Positions 63,822 through 64,000 of a stretch of DNA of 64,000 nucleotides are shown in pieces (within the stretch, counting starts at the first letter, position 1; each line of letters begins with the position of its first letter). Source of the DNA: Halanaerobiales bacterium (GTDB lineage: Bacteria > Bacillota > Halanaerobiia > Halanaerobiales > DTU029); contig JAKSCG010000237.1 in the NCBI GenBank assembly GCA_022360715.1, forward strand, positions 34,232 to 98,231. The letters are read 5' to 3'. A program made the translations under genes and the position numbers. The notes under the pieces are model-generated. The model saw only the letters and a list, made by a program, of their open reading frames with translations, was not told the DNA's origin and did no database searches.

Positions 63822-64000
63822 TCACTCTCCATCGACTGTTTGCTCCGCTTTACTGCTAATTAGCTCTTTCACGCTTTTTTCAAACTTTTTCCTGGGTAAC
63901 ATAATTAACCTTCCACAGGTCTGACAACTAGCTTTAAAATCCATCCCGACCCGAATAACCTCCCAGGTATAACCGCCACAGGGATGCTGTTTGCGAAATC
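63822..64000 (-). CDS. DUF951 (YyzM-like) small protein, 5' end outside the window
   Basis: Not in the ORF track. My minus-strand translation gives ...FRKQHPCGGYTWEVIRVGMDFKASCQTCGRLIMLPRKKFEKSVKELISSKAEQTVDGE*, with the stop at 63824..63822. The HPCG...W.V.R.G.D....C..CGR..M.PR..FEK pattern and the position next to ychF match DUF951. Confidence 0.75.
   Translation of the reverse strand, partial: FRKQHPCGGYTWEVIRVGMDFKASCQTCGRLIMLPRKKFEKSVKELISSKAEQTVDGE

Noticed and set aside
1-64000. Scan for CRISPR arrays, IS elements/transposases, integrases, tRNA/rRNA genes and prophage genes.
   Set aside because: None was found by eye. The only long repeats are the two ompM blocks, and the only short repeated motifs are the operator-like elements reported above.

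Overview
This is a chromosomal window of about 58 CDS, mostly on the minus strand, moderately AT-rich by eye, with strong GGAGG/GGGGG Shine-Dalgarno sites. I saw no rRNA, tRNA, CRISPR array, transposase or integrase. The organism looks like a diderm Firmicute (Halanaerobiales- or Negativicutes-like). The evidence is two OmpM-type porins (SLH domain, coiled coil, beta-barrel), three further outer-membrane (OM) barrels ending in a C-terminal Phe, and the Firmicute block DUF951-ychF ... rpsF-ssb-rpsR-yybS-rplI-lonC.

Layout:
- (1) 1..13.6 kb: an 11-gene minus-strand operon. It holds a CUT1 ABC importer without an ATPase gene, five phosphoesterases from four superfamilies, and three TolB-like propeller paralogs, one of them fused to an OM barrel.
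- (2) An orphan patatin gene.
- (3) ompM copy 1.
- (4) A TetR-MMPL/RND-LolA-like-OMP module.
- (5) An IclR-linked operon: ThrC-like, RidA, TRAP transporter, D-aminoacylase.
- (6) A putative 7-gene operon: GbsR-like regulator, ArsA-HSP20 ATPase, MacB/LolCDE-like ABC transporter, LolA-like protein, OMP.
- (7) ompM copy 2.
- (8) XRE, lonC-like and the ribosomal protein cluster.
- (9) A COG4586/4587/3694-type ABC-2 transporter.
- (10) A ROK-linked sugar locus: CUT1 ABC importer, fucose-isomerase-like, RpiB-like, split transketolase, DASS transporter, SucCD-like ligase, CoA-acylating aldehyde dehydrogenase.

Most interesting non-coding signal: a nearly identical ~125-nt multi-helix RNA element with a 3' U-tract. 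It sits in the long, otherwise diverged 5' leaders of both ompM paralogs, and I cannot assign it to a known riboswitch or sRNA class.

Other leads:
- Two parallel LolA-like+OMP modules driven by different energisers.
- A perfect 19+19 palindrome at the predicted transcription start of the GbsR/ArsA operon.
- A six-copy TetR-type operator motif that also overlaps the ompM1 leader promoter.
- A shared TTTTAATTAATT operator candidate tying the ROK regulator to two operons.
- A ThrC-like gene whose zinc-ribbon codons have no in-frame start and lie next to a C7 homopolymer.

All family calls rest on motifs I recognise in the translations. No database search was run.
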